A DNA stretch of 50,528 nt from an uncultured Dehalococcoidales bacterium (GTDB lineage Bacteria > Chloroflexota > Dehalococcoidia > GIF9 > UBA5629): assembly GCA_964582065.1 (NCBI GenBank), contig CAZOQG010000001.1:1-50528 (forward strand), in the 5' to 3' direction. Shown one piece after another: positions 16,528-24,811 of the stretch; the stretch's first letter is position 1, and every line of letters starts with the position of its first letter. Under the pieces are notes generated by a model, which had not been told where the DNA came from, ran no database searches, and saw only the letters and a list, made by a program, of their open reading frames with translations. The position numbers were made by a program, and so were the translations under genes.

Positions 16528-17106
16528 ATGGGCTATCTAGAAGAAATGGCTAAATACCAGAAAACAGAAAAGCAGAAAAGCTTCTCAGCAGATTTTCTCG
16601 AGGCGGAACAGGTAGAAAACTATGAATTCTGGGATGAGATAGAGATTGGCAAGGAAACCGAAGTGCCAATCAAGTTTGAGGTCAAGGCTGAGGACATGAT
16701 GGCCTATGCAGAAGGAGTTCCCGATGACAGCCCTCTCTTCTACGACCAGGAATACGCCAAGAAGTGTGGCCATGATGGACTGGTGGCTCATCCCCTTTTT
16801 GGCACTCAGGTCGCGTTTTACGTCTTGAGGAAAGGGCATGGTAGCTGGCTCAGAACCCCAGGGGCTAGGAATCCGGGGCAGGTAATTGAGTGGTATAACC
16901 CGATTCGGGTTGGCGATGTTCTTACCATCAAACAGAAAGGCTACGACAAGTGGATCAAGAGGGGAAAGTACTACATGAGATATCTGCAGGAAACGTACGA
17001 CCAGAATGGCACTCTGAAGGGTAGGGCTTATGGAACTCTGATTCTACCGAGAACCAGGGAAGACGTACTGAAATTCGTGAAAGGGGAGCATGCCCTGGAA
17101 GCGTAA
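16528..17106 (+). CDS. MaoC-dehydratase N-terminal-type hot-dog protein (large subunit of a two-gene hydratase), copy A
   Basis: FEVKAEDMMAYAEGVPDDSPLFYDQEYAKKCGHDGLVAHPLFG matches the N-terminal-half MaoC pattern. A MaoC-proper gene follows. Confidence 0.75.
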   Translation: MGYLEEMAKYQKTEKQKSFSADFLEAEQVENYEFWDEIEIGKETEVPIKFEVKAEDMMAYAEGVPDDSPLFYDQEYAKKCGHDGLVAHPLFGTQVAFYVLRKGHGSWLRTPGARNPGQVIEWYNPIRVGDVLTIKQKGYDKWIKRGKYYMRYLQETYDQNGTLKGRAYGTLILPRTREDVLKFVKGEHALEA

Positions 17107-17167
17107 GAATCAGGACCGGGGTCTCTCGGGAGTATCAACAAATAACTGTGAAGTAGGAGGCAAGAAA

Positions 17168-17608
17168 ATGGCAGATAGACTTACGTTTAACTCGGTGGAT
17201 TGCGGGGATGTGTTACCCGAGGTAAAGCAGGAGAACAGTCAGGAACTTACCTGGAAGCATGCTGTAGCGTCGCTCGACTATAATCCCGTTCACACGCACC
17301 CCGAGTGGTGCAAGACAGCCCAGGTGTTTGGCCTACCTGTTACGGTGATGCACGGTAATCAGACTATGTCTCTTATGTGCAAGGTCATTACTGATTGGGC
17401 GTACCCTGTGGGCGGTCGCATGAAGAGGCTGGAGGTCAAACTGATTAAGCCCGTGCCCGTCGGTTCCACTTGTACCTATGGTGGTGCAGTGACTGAGAAG
17501 CACCCTATCGGTAAGGGACAGGACTTCGTGACCGTTGACGTATGGGCCAAGAACCAAGATGGAGAACAGGTAGGAATCGGTACCGCACAGGTTTCGTTGC
17601 CTAAGTAA
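17168..17608 (+). CDS. MaoC-like (R)-specific enoyl-CoA hydratase hot-dog protein (small subunit), copy A
   Basis: SLDYNPVHTHPEWCKTAQVFGLPVTVMHGNQTMSLM is the hydratase-2 motif region. ATG 17168 sits behind GGAGG. Confidence 0.8.
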   Translation: MADRLTFNSVDCGDVLPEVKQENSQELTWKHAVASLDYNPVHTHPEWCKTAQVFGLPVTVMHGNQTMSLMCKVITDWAYPVGGRMKRLEVKLIKPVPVGSTCTYGGAVTEKHPIGKGQDFVTVDVWAKNQDGEQVGIGTAQVSLPK

Positions 17609-17895
17609 CATTGTTTCGCAGACAGTCTATGTTCCGCCCAGCCACAGTTAGACCATGGTCGGGTAAGTGATGAACACAAAGGAGACGCAGCAGTATTCTG
17701 GCATGTTTCAGCTCCGCCGCGTTTGAGCATTGGTAGTGACCCTCTGCCGGCGCTGAGGATGGTATCAGGAAACCTGTGCACACCAGAGACACCTTGAGAC
17801 CGTTGGGAGGGGGGCGCTCTACCGTGAAAGGGATGTTTTGCGGAAGTGAGAACCAAAAGTGGGAATCAGAAACCAAGTTGAACAAGGAGGCAAGA

Positions 17896-18480
17896 ATGGA
17901 TTATCTGGAAGAAATGGCGAAATATCAGAAGACGGAAAAGGAGAAGGAGTTCGGATCCGATTTTCTCAAAACTCAGGAGGTCGAAGACTATGAATTCTGG
18001 GACGAGATAGAAATAGGCGAAGAGACTGAGACTGAGGTGCCAATCAAGTTTGAAGTCAAGGCTGAGGACATGATGGCCTATGCAGAAGGAGTTCCTGACG
18101 ATAGTCGTCTCTTCTACGATGAGGAATATGCCAAGAAGTGTGGCCACGATGGGTTGGTGGCTCATCCCCTCTTCGGTACCCAGGTCCTTTTTTTTGTTTT
18201 GAGGAAGGGGCATGGTAGCTGGCTCAGGACCCCAGGCTCCAGAAACCCGGGCCAGGTAATGGAGTGGTATGACCCGATTCGGGTTGGGGATGTCCTTGTT
18301 CTCAAACAGAGGGGCTACGATAAGTGGGTAAAAAGAGGGAAGTACTATATGCGGTACCTGGCAGAAGTATATGATCAGAACGGCACGCTCAAGAGCAGGC
18401 TTTTCACGACCCTGATTCTGCCCAAAACCAGAGCTGATGTATTGAGGTTTGTCAAAGGCGAGCATGCTCTGGAAGCGTGA
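17896..18480 (+). CDS. MaoC-dehydratase N-terminal-type hot-dog protein, copy B (no partner gene)
   Basis: Close paralogue of 16528-17106, including a 41-nt identical run (16681-16721 = 18055-18095). ATG 17896 sits behind AAGGAGG. The ORF-track start at 17776 is not supported. Confidence 0.75.
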   Translation: MDYLEEMAKYQKTEKEKEFGSDFLKTQEVEDYEFWDEIEIGEETETEVPIKFEVKAEDMMAYAEGVPDDSRLFYDEEYAKKCGHDGLVAHPLFGTQVLFFVLRKGHGSWLRTPGSRNPGQVMEWYDPIRVGDVLVLKQRGYDKWVKRGKYYMRYLAEVYDQNGTLKSRLFTTLILPKTRADVLRFVKGEHALEA

Positions 18481-18745
18481 GCGTTGCACGATAAACTGTA
18501 CAGTGAGAAGCAAATAGTCAGCATCGTCGGCGCGATCATTGTGGGTAGTCACTAGCGTTGGCGTACCCCCATTGTGAACGACGCGCGTAGCTGAGTTGTA
18601 TTTGTCAAGCATAGACGATATCCAGTCAGTTTCTTTTCTGGTCTGCAGCGTATTCGGTTTTGCGTCCTTTGTTTTGGGTGGTATATTGGTACACAGCATT
18701 GTTAGGCGACATTGACTGATGAACGCAAACCAGGGAGGTATGCAA

Positions 18746-19510
18746 GTGAAAGGACTCGAAGGGAAGGTTGCTCTGGTCACCGGTGGAGGCTCGGGAATTG
18801 GCCGAGCTACGGCCCTGGCATTTGCCCACGAGGGAGCAAAGGTTGTTATTGCCGGGCGGGGTGCTGAGCGTGGTAACGAGACGGTACAACTGATCAAGCA
18901 GGCCGGCGGCGAAGCTGTCTTTGTCAAGACAGACGTGTCGAAGGCAGCCGAAGTCGAGGCATTAGTCAACAGAGTCGTTGAGACCTGCGGACGGCTAGAT
19001 TACGCCTTCAACAACTCTGGCGTAGGAGCAAGCGGGGCGCGGTTGGCAAAAGAAACCGAGGAAATCTGGGATCGTACAATCAACACCAATCTCAAAGGGG
19101 TGTGGCTATGCATGAAGTACGAGATCCTGCAGATGCTGAAACAGGGAGGCGGAGCCATCGTGAACTGCTCGTCCACCTTTGGGCTGGGCGGCGGCTACAG
19201 GATAGCAGCCTACAGTGCAAGCAAGCACGGCGTAGTGGGGCTGACAAAGTCGGCTGCGATGGACTATGCCAAGGATAACATCCGGGTCAATGCGGTGTGT
19301 CCCGGATGGATAAAGACGGACATGCTGCGGCCGGTCTTAAAGGACCGCCTCGACATAGCTGAGGACAGTGTGCCAGAGGTGCCATTGGGACGAATGGGTG
19401 CGCCGGAAGAAGTCGCCGAAGCAGTGGTATGGTTGTGCACAGAGTCAGCTTCGTTCATCACGGGGGACGCAATGGTTATAGGTGGCGGGACGGCACTATC
19501 AGCGCTGTGA
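18746..19510 (+). CDS. Short-chain dehydrogenase/reductase (FabG-like)
   Basis: Motifs TGGGSGIGRA, NNSG and YSASKHG. GTG 18746 is 7 nt behind GGGAGG (18733-18738). Alternative starts are ATG 18740 and ATG 18719. Confidence 0.9.
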   Translation: MKGLEGKVALVTGGGSGIGRATALAFAHEGAKVVIAGRGAERGNETVQLIKQAGGEAVFVKTDVSKAAEVEALVNRVVETCGRLDYAFNNSGVGASGARLAKETEEIWDRTINTNLKGVWLCMKYEILQMLKQGGGAIVNCSSTFGLGGGYRIAAYSASKHGVVGLTKSAAMDYAKDNIRVNAVCPGWIKTDMLRPVLKDRLDIAEDSVPEVPLGRMGAPEEVAEAVVWLCTESASFITGDAMVIGGGTALSAL

Positions 19511-19676
19511 ACGCAGCGGCCGTGCTGCTAGGCTCGGGTAATGAGCTCCAACCACCCCCGGTGCCAGCGACTTCATGTCAGACGGTCAGAGCCAAGCTAA
19601 GGTGGCAAGTGACATCTGTTGATATTAGCGTTCCAACCATGCGAGAAACAACGTGATAGTCCCGAGTGTGCAACCA

Positions 19677-20171
19677 ATGCGTATTGGGCTTGTATCAGAC
19701 ACACATATACCACAGTCAGTAGAGGCATTGCCCCGACAGGTAATAGAGTCCTTCCGGGGAGTAGATTTCATCTTACACGCCGGTGATATTTACACGTCTT
19801 CGGTACTAGATGACTTAGAGTCCATAGCGCCGGTGTTCGCAGCGAAGGGAGACGACGACTGCGGCGCGCTGTTGATTGACAGTCGTGTAAGATATAAACA
19901 TGTAATCAAGGTGGGGCGCAAGACGCTCTGGCTTATTCATATGTTACCCAGCTTCTACACCACCACATTGGCCCAAGAAGAAGAGGAGGAGTCTCCCGAC
20001 ATCATTATCTTCGGCCACCAGCATGCCGCGCGAGTGAAGCACTACAACGGAGTTCTCTTTGTGAATCCGGGTAGTCCTACGTGTCCGAATTACTGCCTTG
20101 GCCTCGGTACTGTCGCTATTCTGGACATCAACTCAGGGGAAGCTCAGGCACATATCCTGCCGCTGTCTTGA
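19677..20171 (+). CDS. YfcE/MJ0936-type metallophosphoesterase
   Basis: MRIGLVSDTHIP, ILHAGDI, GHQH and FVNPGSPT. The start could also be GTG 19653. Confidence 0.85.
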   Translation: MRIGLVSDTHIPQSVEALPRQVIESFRGVDFILHAGDIYTSSVLDDLESIAPVFAAKGDDDCGALLIDSRVRYKHVIKVGRKTLWLIHMLPSFYTTTLAQEEEEESPDIIIFGHQHAARVKHYNGVLFVNPGSPTCPNYCLGLGTVAILDINSGEAQAHILPLS

Positions 20172-20422
20172 GGCTTGCTTACGTCAGGGGGACCAAGGGG
20201 CCTTCTTCCAGAATCAAAGCTAGGAAGATGTCTTTGTTCCAGAGTTCTGCGGTCAGGTTGGAGCTGCGCAATCAAGTTGATGAGCTTGAAGTACAGGAGG
20301 CAAGGTTTCTTACGCGCTTGAGTTTGACAGCGTTCATAGCTGACTCGTAGCTAAGGAAACTGACGTTCCACAACAGCAAGGTGAAAAAATGGACTTCCCG
20401 CGGCCCCAGTCATTGTAGCACT

Positions 20423-20833
20423 TTAGGTTAGAGTTGCCGGCATTAGAGCTGGCTGTACACCTTGAGGAGGCGGCGGCCGATAACCAAGAGAGCTATGCGG
20501 TCGGAACTGCTTGTATTCCCTCCTCCAGTGCTCTATCAAAATCTTGCCTCAACTAGCGTCGTGACTATCTCCCGATTGAGGAACTCATCCCTTAGCTTGC
20601 CAATGTGTAGGTTTTCAGCAAGAATGAGACAGTTGGAAGGTCAAGGTTAAGACACGCTTCTTCGGTAGAATCACGGTCAGCGCAACAATAGCCCGGATTG
20701 TGCAGTCGGCAGTAAGATTGGCGAAAACGGAACAACTCGGGCTATCAAGTCGCAACCTTTCCGGATTACCCGCCCTTGTGGTGATAAGGCCAAAGGCTGG
20801 CTTGAGTTGGCTACCAATCACCTTACGTTCCAT
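20423..20833 (-). mobile_element. Degraded remnant of an rve-type (IS3-family-like) transposase, C-terminal third only, frame-shifted
   Basis: The minus strand reads GKLRDEFLNREIVTTLVEAR (20601-20542). After a frameshift it reads ILIEHWRREYKQFRPHSSLGYRPPPPQ...* with stop at 20423-20425. Upstream is a degenerate ERKVIGSQL...GNPERLRLDSPS (cf. SRKVVGW ... PE.LRSDNGPEF). No DDE core and no terminal repeats were identified. Confidence 0.7.
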
Positions 20834-20977
20834 AGTATGGAGACGCTTGAATACCGTTTTGCTAAGTAGGCGTTTCCGCGTAGAATCTCCGGGATATGAT
20901 TTCCTTGCCTCTCCAAGAAATTGAAATCATCAAGAACTCATGGTAGATTATGGCATGGCAAAAAGGGAGGAGCATGC

Positions 20978-23344
20978 GTGAAAGAACATGTTAAGACCCT
21001 TGAGGAGAAAGAAGGATCGCAGCGCTTCAAGCGCATAAGGCAGGAACTTCTCTCCACGCCGGTCCACTTGTGCCCGGAGCGGGCATATCTCGTCACCGAC
21101 TACTTTAGGCATCACGATAATCCAACTGAGCCCATGGTGATTCGTAAGGCCAGGGCCTTGCGCCATGTTCTGAGGCATAAATCAGTGCGCATCTATCCTG
21201 ATGAGCTGATCGTGGGCAACGTAGGCAGCCAGCGCATCTCAGCCCTTATCCAACCTGAGTTGAGCGGAGTTTTCATGAGCGGAGACTTGCTGTGGATAGA
21301 TAAGAGGAAGACAACTCCTTTGCGCATCCCCTGGCGTGACCGTCTGAAGTTGCTCTTCCGCGTCTTCCCTTACTGGCTCGTTCGCAACATGCCTTTCCGG
21401 GCCTTCTTTCCGCGTTTCCGCCAGTTGTTCCGCTACGTGGTAGAACAGCTCAACGCCACCTATTACCTGATCAACGAGGCCGGCGGCATCGGACACTTTC
21501 TTCCCAACTATGAAAGGATGCTCAAGTTGGGTGTAAAGGGTTATCTGGAGATTATGGTGGGAAAAGAAGGAGACCTCCACCGCGCGGCGCGCATCGCCTG
21601 TGAAGGCCTGGTTGACTTTGCCACCCGCTTGGCGCAGGAGGTCGAGCGTTTGGCTGCTGCGGAAGAAAATACGGCCCGCGCCGCTGAACTCAACGAAATA
21701 GCGCGTATCTGCCACAAGGTCCCATCTGGCCCTGCCGAGACCTTTCATGAAGCCTTGCAGTCCCTATGGCTGACCCACATGGCAGTGAGCCTGGAGGGAC
21801 TCAACTCCGCTATCTCCTTCGGGAGGATGGACCAGTATCTTTATCCCTATTACCGGCGTGACCTGGAGGAAGGTAGAATCAACCCCGAGCGAGCCCGCGA
21901 GCTTCTGCTTTGCTTCTCCGCCAAGGCCACCGAGCACGTCTTCCTGCTCTCGGAGGGAGTCAGCCAGTACCATGGTGGCTACCTGGTGGTGCAGGCAGCG
22001 ATAGTAGGAGGCATGGACCGAGAGGGAAAGGATGCCGTCAACGATCTTACGTACCTCTTTCTCGACGTAATGGAGGAATCCGGCCTCCGGGACCCCAACT
22101 ACCAGGCGCGAATTCACGCCGGTTCTCCGGATAGTTACCTGAGACGAGTGGCGGATGTGGCGAGGAAAGGCAACGGGGTACCGGCCCTCTTCAATGACGA
22201 GGCTGCTACAGCCTCCCTTGTGGCACACGGCTATCCTGTGGAAGAGGCACGCAATTATGGGGTGGTGGGGTGCGTGGAGCTGGCCTTGCCCGGGAAGAGC
22301 TTCTTGTCCACGGATGCCGCGCTGTTCAATCTTCCTCTCTGCCTCGAGCTGGCACTCAACCGTGGAAGGCGGCTCAAGGGTCGCCAGCAAGTGGGTGCTG
22401 CCACCCCGGATTCTGCCTCTTTCACCAGTATTGACCAGGTGATTGAAGCCTTCCGGGCGCAGGTGGAGCACATGGTGGCACGTATGATAGGTGACCTTCA
22501 GGTGATCGAGAAAGGGAATAGTGATTACCACCCCACCCCCTTCTCCTCGCTGCTGGTTGACGGCTGCCTGGAGTCAGGACAAGATGTCACTGGCGGCGGA
22601 GCCCTGTATAACTCCAGTGGTATCCAGGGAGTAGGGGTGGCAGACATGGCGGATTCACTGGCGGCTCTAGATGAGGTGGTGTTCCAGCGCCACAAATATA
22701 CCATGCCTCAGGTGCTGAAGGCCCTGCGTGACGACTTCGCTTCTGCCCGTGAGGTACGGGCCGAGCTACTCAAGGCGCCAAAGTACGGGAACGACCATAC
22801 CCTGCCCGATGACTATGCCAATCTGGTAGTACGTAGTTTCCACTCGGCCCTTGCTCGACACCGCAACATGCGTGGAGGCTCCTACGTGCCCGGGTTTTAT
22901 TCCGTGACATGCCACGTGGCCTTCGGGCAGCGAGTGGGCGCCTTGCCCAGCGGAAGAAGGGCTGGAGAACCATTCGCAGCTAGCTTGGGAGCGGCCAATG
23001 GGCGGGACCGCCTGGGGCCCACTGCCCTGCTCAACTCAGTGGCGCACATAGACTCCACATTGTCGCCCAACGGTTACGCCCTGAACCTTCGTTTCGATTC
23101 TCGCACCCTGGCCGGTGATCAAGGGGTAAATATCCTGACCGCTTTGGCGAAAGGCTTTTTCGAATCAGGGGGGATGGAAATGCAACTAAACGTGCTCGAC
23201 CCTGACATGTTGGAGGACGCCCGCCGTAATCCGGGGAAGTACCCGGGGCTGGTAGTACGCGTATCAGGTTATTGCGCTTACTTCGATGATCTTCCTGACG
23301 CCGCAAAACAGGACATCATCGCCCGAACCTGCCTCGAGGTATGA
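20978..23344 (+). CDS. Glycyl radical enzyme 1 (PFL2 / dehydratase-like family), substrate unknown
   Basis: Glycyl loop VVRVSGYCAYF (Gly codon 23267-23269). Thiyl loop VVGCVELALPG (Cys codon 22271-22273, Glu 22277-22279). GTG 20978 is 5 nt behind GGGAGGAG. Confidence 0.9.
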   Translation: MKEHVKTLEEKEGSQRFKRIRQELLSTPVHLCPERAYLVTDYFRHHDNPTEPMVIRKARALRHVLRHKSVRIYPDELIVGNVGSQRISALIQPELSGVFMSGDLLWIDKRKTTPLRIPWRDRLKLLFRVFPYWLVRNMPFRAFFPRFRQLFRYVVEQLNATYYLINEAGGIGHFLPNYERMLKLGVKGYLEIMVGKEGDLHRAARIACEGLVDFATRLAQEVERLAAAEENTARAAELNEIARICHKVPSGPAETFHEALQSLWLTHMAVSLEGLNSAISFGRMDQYLYPYYRRDLEEGRINPERARELLLCFSAKATEHVFLLSEGVSQYHGGYLVVQAAIVGGMDREGKDAVNDLTYLFLDVMEESGLRDPNYQARIHAGSPDSYLRRVADVARKGNGVPALFNDEAATASLVAHGYPVEEARNYGVVGCVELALPGKSFLSTDAALFNLPLCLELALNRGRRLKGRQQVGAATPDSASFTSIDQVIEAFRAQVEHMVARMIGDLQVIEKGNSDYHPTPFSSLLVDGCLESGQDVTGGGALYNSSGIQGVGVADMADSLAALDEVVFQRHKYTMPQVLKALRDDFASAREVRAELLKAPKYGNDHTLPDDYANLVVRSFHSALARHRNMRGGSYVPGFYSVTCHVAFGQRVGALPSGRRAGEPFAASLGAANGRDRLGPTALLNSVAHIDSTLSPNGYALNLRFDSRTLAGDQGVNILTALAKGFFESGGMEMQLNVLDPDMLEDARRNPGKYPGLVVRVSGYCAYFDDLPDAAKQDIIARTCLEV

Positions 23345-23421
23345 ACTAGCATCCTCGTCCATCGACTCTAAAGACACACCGACACCACGCCTTTCAGCAC
23401 ATGGCTCAGGCTGGACACTGC

Positions 23422-24564
23422 TTATGATTCTATTCTAACCTTGTCAGGAAGGATTTGACCCAAGAGCTTTATCGCTCCATCCACCATATCATCCAGGATT
23501 TGCTTGGCAGGCTTCGTATCATTAAGCATTCCCACAATCTGCCCTGTAGGCGCACACAGGAGGTCGTGCCTCTCCACCTCCGCCAGGCTGTCAATGAGAT
23601 CGGCCATGAGTAGCACCTGCGTCACCATAGGTAGAGCAGGCATCCCCGACTTATCAAAGGCCTCTTGTATTGGGTTCTTTATCTGGCGCAGGGTTTTGCC
23701 TGTCCACACCCTGCTGACTGCGGTGCCCTCTTCAGTAGCTTCCGTCATCATCTTCCGATGGATATCGGTGACATTCGCCTCCTCAGCAAAGAGGAAGGCA
23801 GTGCCTACCCAGACTCCAACAGCTCCCAGTGCCAGAGAGGCGACAAGTCCCCTGCCATCGCCTATCCCCCCGGCAGCCAAAACCGGGGTAGGTGACACAG
23901 TATCTACGACCTGGGGAATCAAGGCAAAGGTGCTCACCCTGCCAGTGTGGCCTCCCGCCTCATGTCCCTGAGCCACGATGAAGTCGGCACCCGCCTTCTT
24001 GTGGCGCAGCGCACCCCGTACATTGCCAGCCAGCCCCAGTACCCTCATTCCTCCTTCATGAGCCATGGGTACCACCCATTCTAGAATCCCCACGGCTGAG
24101 CAGAAAAGAGGAACACCCTCCTCTAGCATCACTTGTATCTGCTTCTTGGAGTGCTCCTCAGTGAAGATGAACTCTTGCTTAGTCTCAGCAAGAGTCACGC
24201 CATAGTCTTCCGCCAACTTCTCCACAAAGTCGATATGCTCTTTAGGGACAAATTTCCTTTTCATTTCCGCCAAAGACATATCTGCAGGTGGCGCCTCAGT
24301 AAGGGCGCTGGGAAGCAACACGTCAACCCCAAACGGCTTGTCAGTGAGGCTCTTGATCTCCCTAATCTCGGTACGCAGTTCATCCAAGGGCAGACCAGTA
24401 GCCCCCAGAACACCCATTCCACCGGCGTTGGACACGGCACCAACAAGCTTCGGCTGCGCTGAGTGACCCTCACCAGCCAGGCCCCCCATGCCAGCAAGCA
24501 GAATGGGGTACTCAATACCCAGCATGTCGCAGAGTTCGGTATGAAGTATCTTCCTCTTATTCAC
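23422..24564 (-). CDS. Nitronate monooxygenase / FabK-like FMN-dependent oxidoreductase (NMO family)
   Basis: YPILLAGMGG, NAGGMGVLG and AQGHEAGGHTG. GTG 24564 sits behind AAAGGAG. The ORF-track start at 24642 is the TTG of the -35 box. Confidence 0.85.
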   Translation of the reverse strand: MNKRKILHTELCDMLGIEYPILLAGMGGLAGEGHSAQPKLVGAVSNAGGMGVLGATGLPLDELRTEIREIKSLTDKPFGVDVLLPSALTEAPPADMSLAEMKRKFVPKEHIDFVEKLAEDYGVTLAETKQEFIFTEEHSKKQIQVMLEEGVPLFCSAVGILEWVVPMAHEGGMRVLGLAGNVRGALRHKKAGADFIVAQGHEAGGHTGRVSTFALIPQVVDTVSPTPVLAAGGIGDGRGLVASLALGAVGVWVGTAFLFAEEANVTDIHRKMMTEATEEGTAVSRVWTGKTLRQIKNPIQEAFDKSGMPALPMVTQVLLMADLIDSLAEVERHDLLCAPTGQIVGMLNDTKPAKQILDDMVDGAIKLLGQILPDKVRIES

Positions 24565-24614
24565 CTTTTCTCCTTTCTCTTCTTGCTCTCGGAACCCTGT
24601 ACCCCGCAAATCAC

Positions 24615-24642
24615 AGTATAACACGCGGACAAGCAGTGTCAA
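24615..24642 (-). promoter_or_regulatory. Sigma-70-type promoter of the NMO-like gene
   Basis: On the minus strand: TTGACA (24642-24637), 16-nt spacer, TATACT (24620-24615). The GTG start is about 50 nt downstream. Confidence 0.55.
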
Positions 24643-24686
24643 CAGAAGGATGTAGCCTCTCTCAATCCGTGACTAACGATGCCAAC

Positions 24687-24716
24687 TTGCATTTGCGGGC
24701 AGACATGCCATAAAAT
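24687..24716 (+). promoter_or_regulatory. Candidate promoter of the GRE-2 / activase / crotonase unit
   Basis: TTGCAT (24687-24692), 18-nt spacer, TAAAAT (24711-24716), about 95 nt upstream of ATG 24812. Confidence 0.45.
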
Positions 24717-24811
24717 CGCGGTAGGGGTTTGGACGAGAGGGGAAAGACAAAACCTGAAGTCAAAAGTCGAGCTTTTCGCACCAGACAGACTCGAATAAAC
24801 AACGGGAGGAC

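Noticed and set aside
17609-17895. A possible cobalamin riboswitch in the 290-nt gap before MaoC copy B (ATCAGGAAACCTGTG resembles a B12 box; GTGAAAGGGA and GGGAATCAG elements).
   Set aside because: The B12-box-like element lies upstream of the GGGAA-type elements, which is the wrong order. I could not find the conserved GCCACTG / CCCGCAACTGTAA-type core or draw the pairing. The resemblance is too weak without a covariance-model scan.
17866-18969. A 367-aa ORF on the minus strand, the longest unexplained ORF in the track.
   Set aside because: It runs antisense to two well-supported plus-strand genes (MaoC copy B and the SDR). It has no recognisable motif and a low-complexity Pro/Ala/Ser/Thr-rich composition typical of antisense frames. 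It also spans a non-coding gap.
21239-22531. Minus-strand ORFs of 169 and 255 aa (21239-21748 and 21764-22531), plus several plus-strand shadow ORFs, inside GRE-1.
   Set aside because: They are entirely contained within the strongly supported GRE-1 reading frame. They are Arg/Gly/Pro-rich shadow frames of a GC-rich gene.
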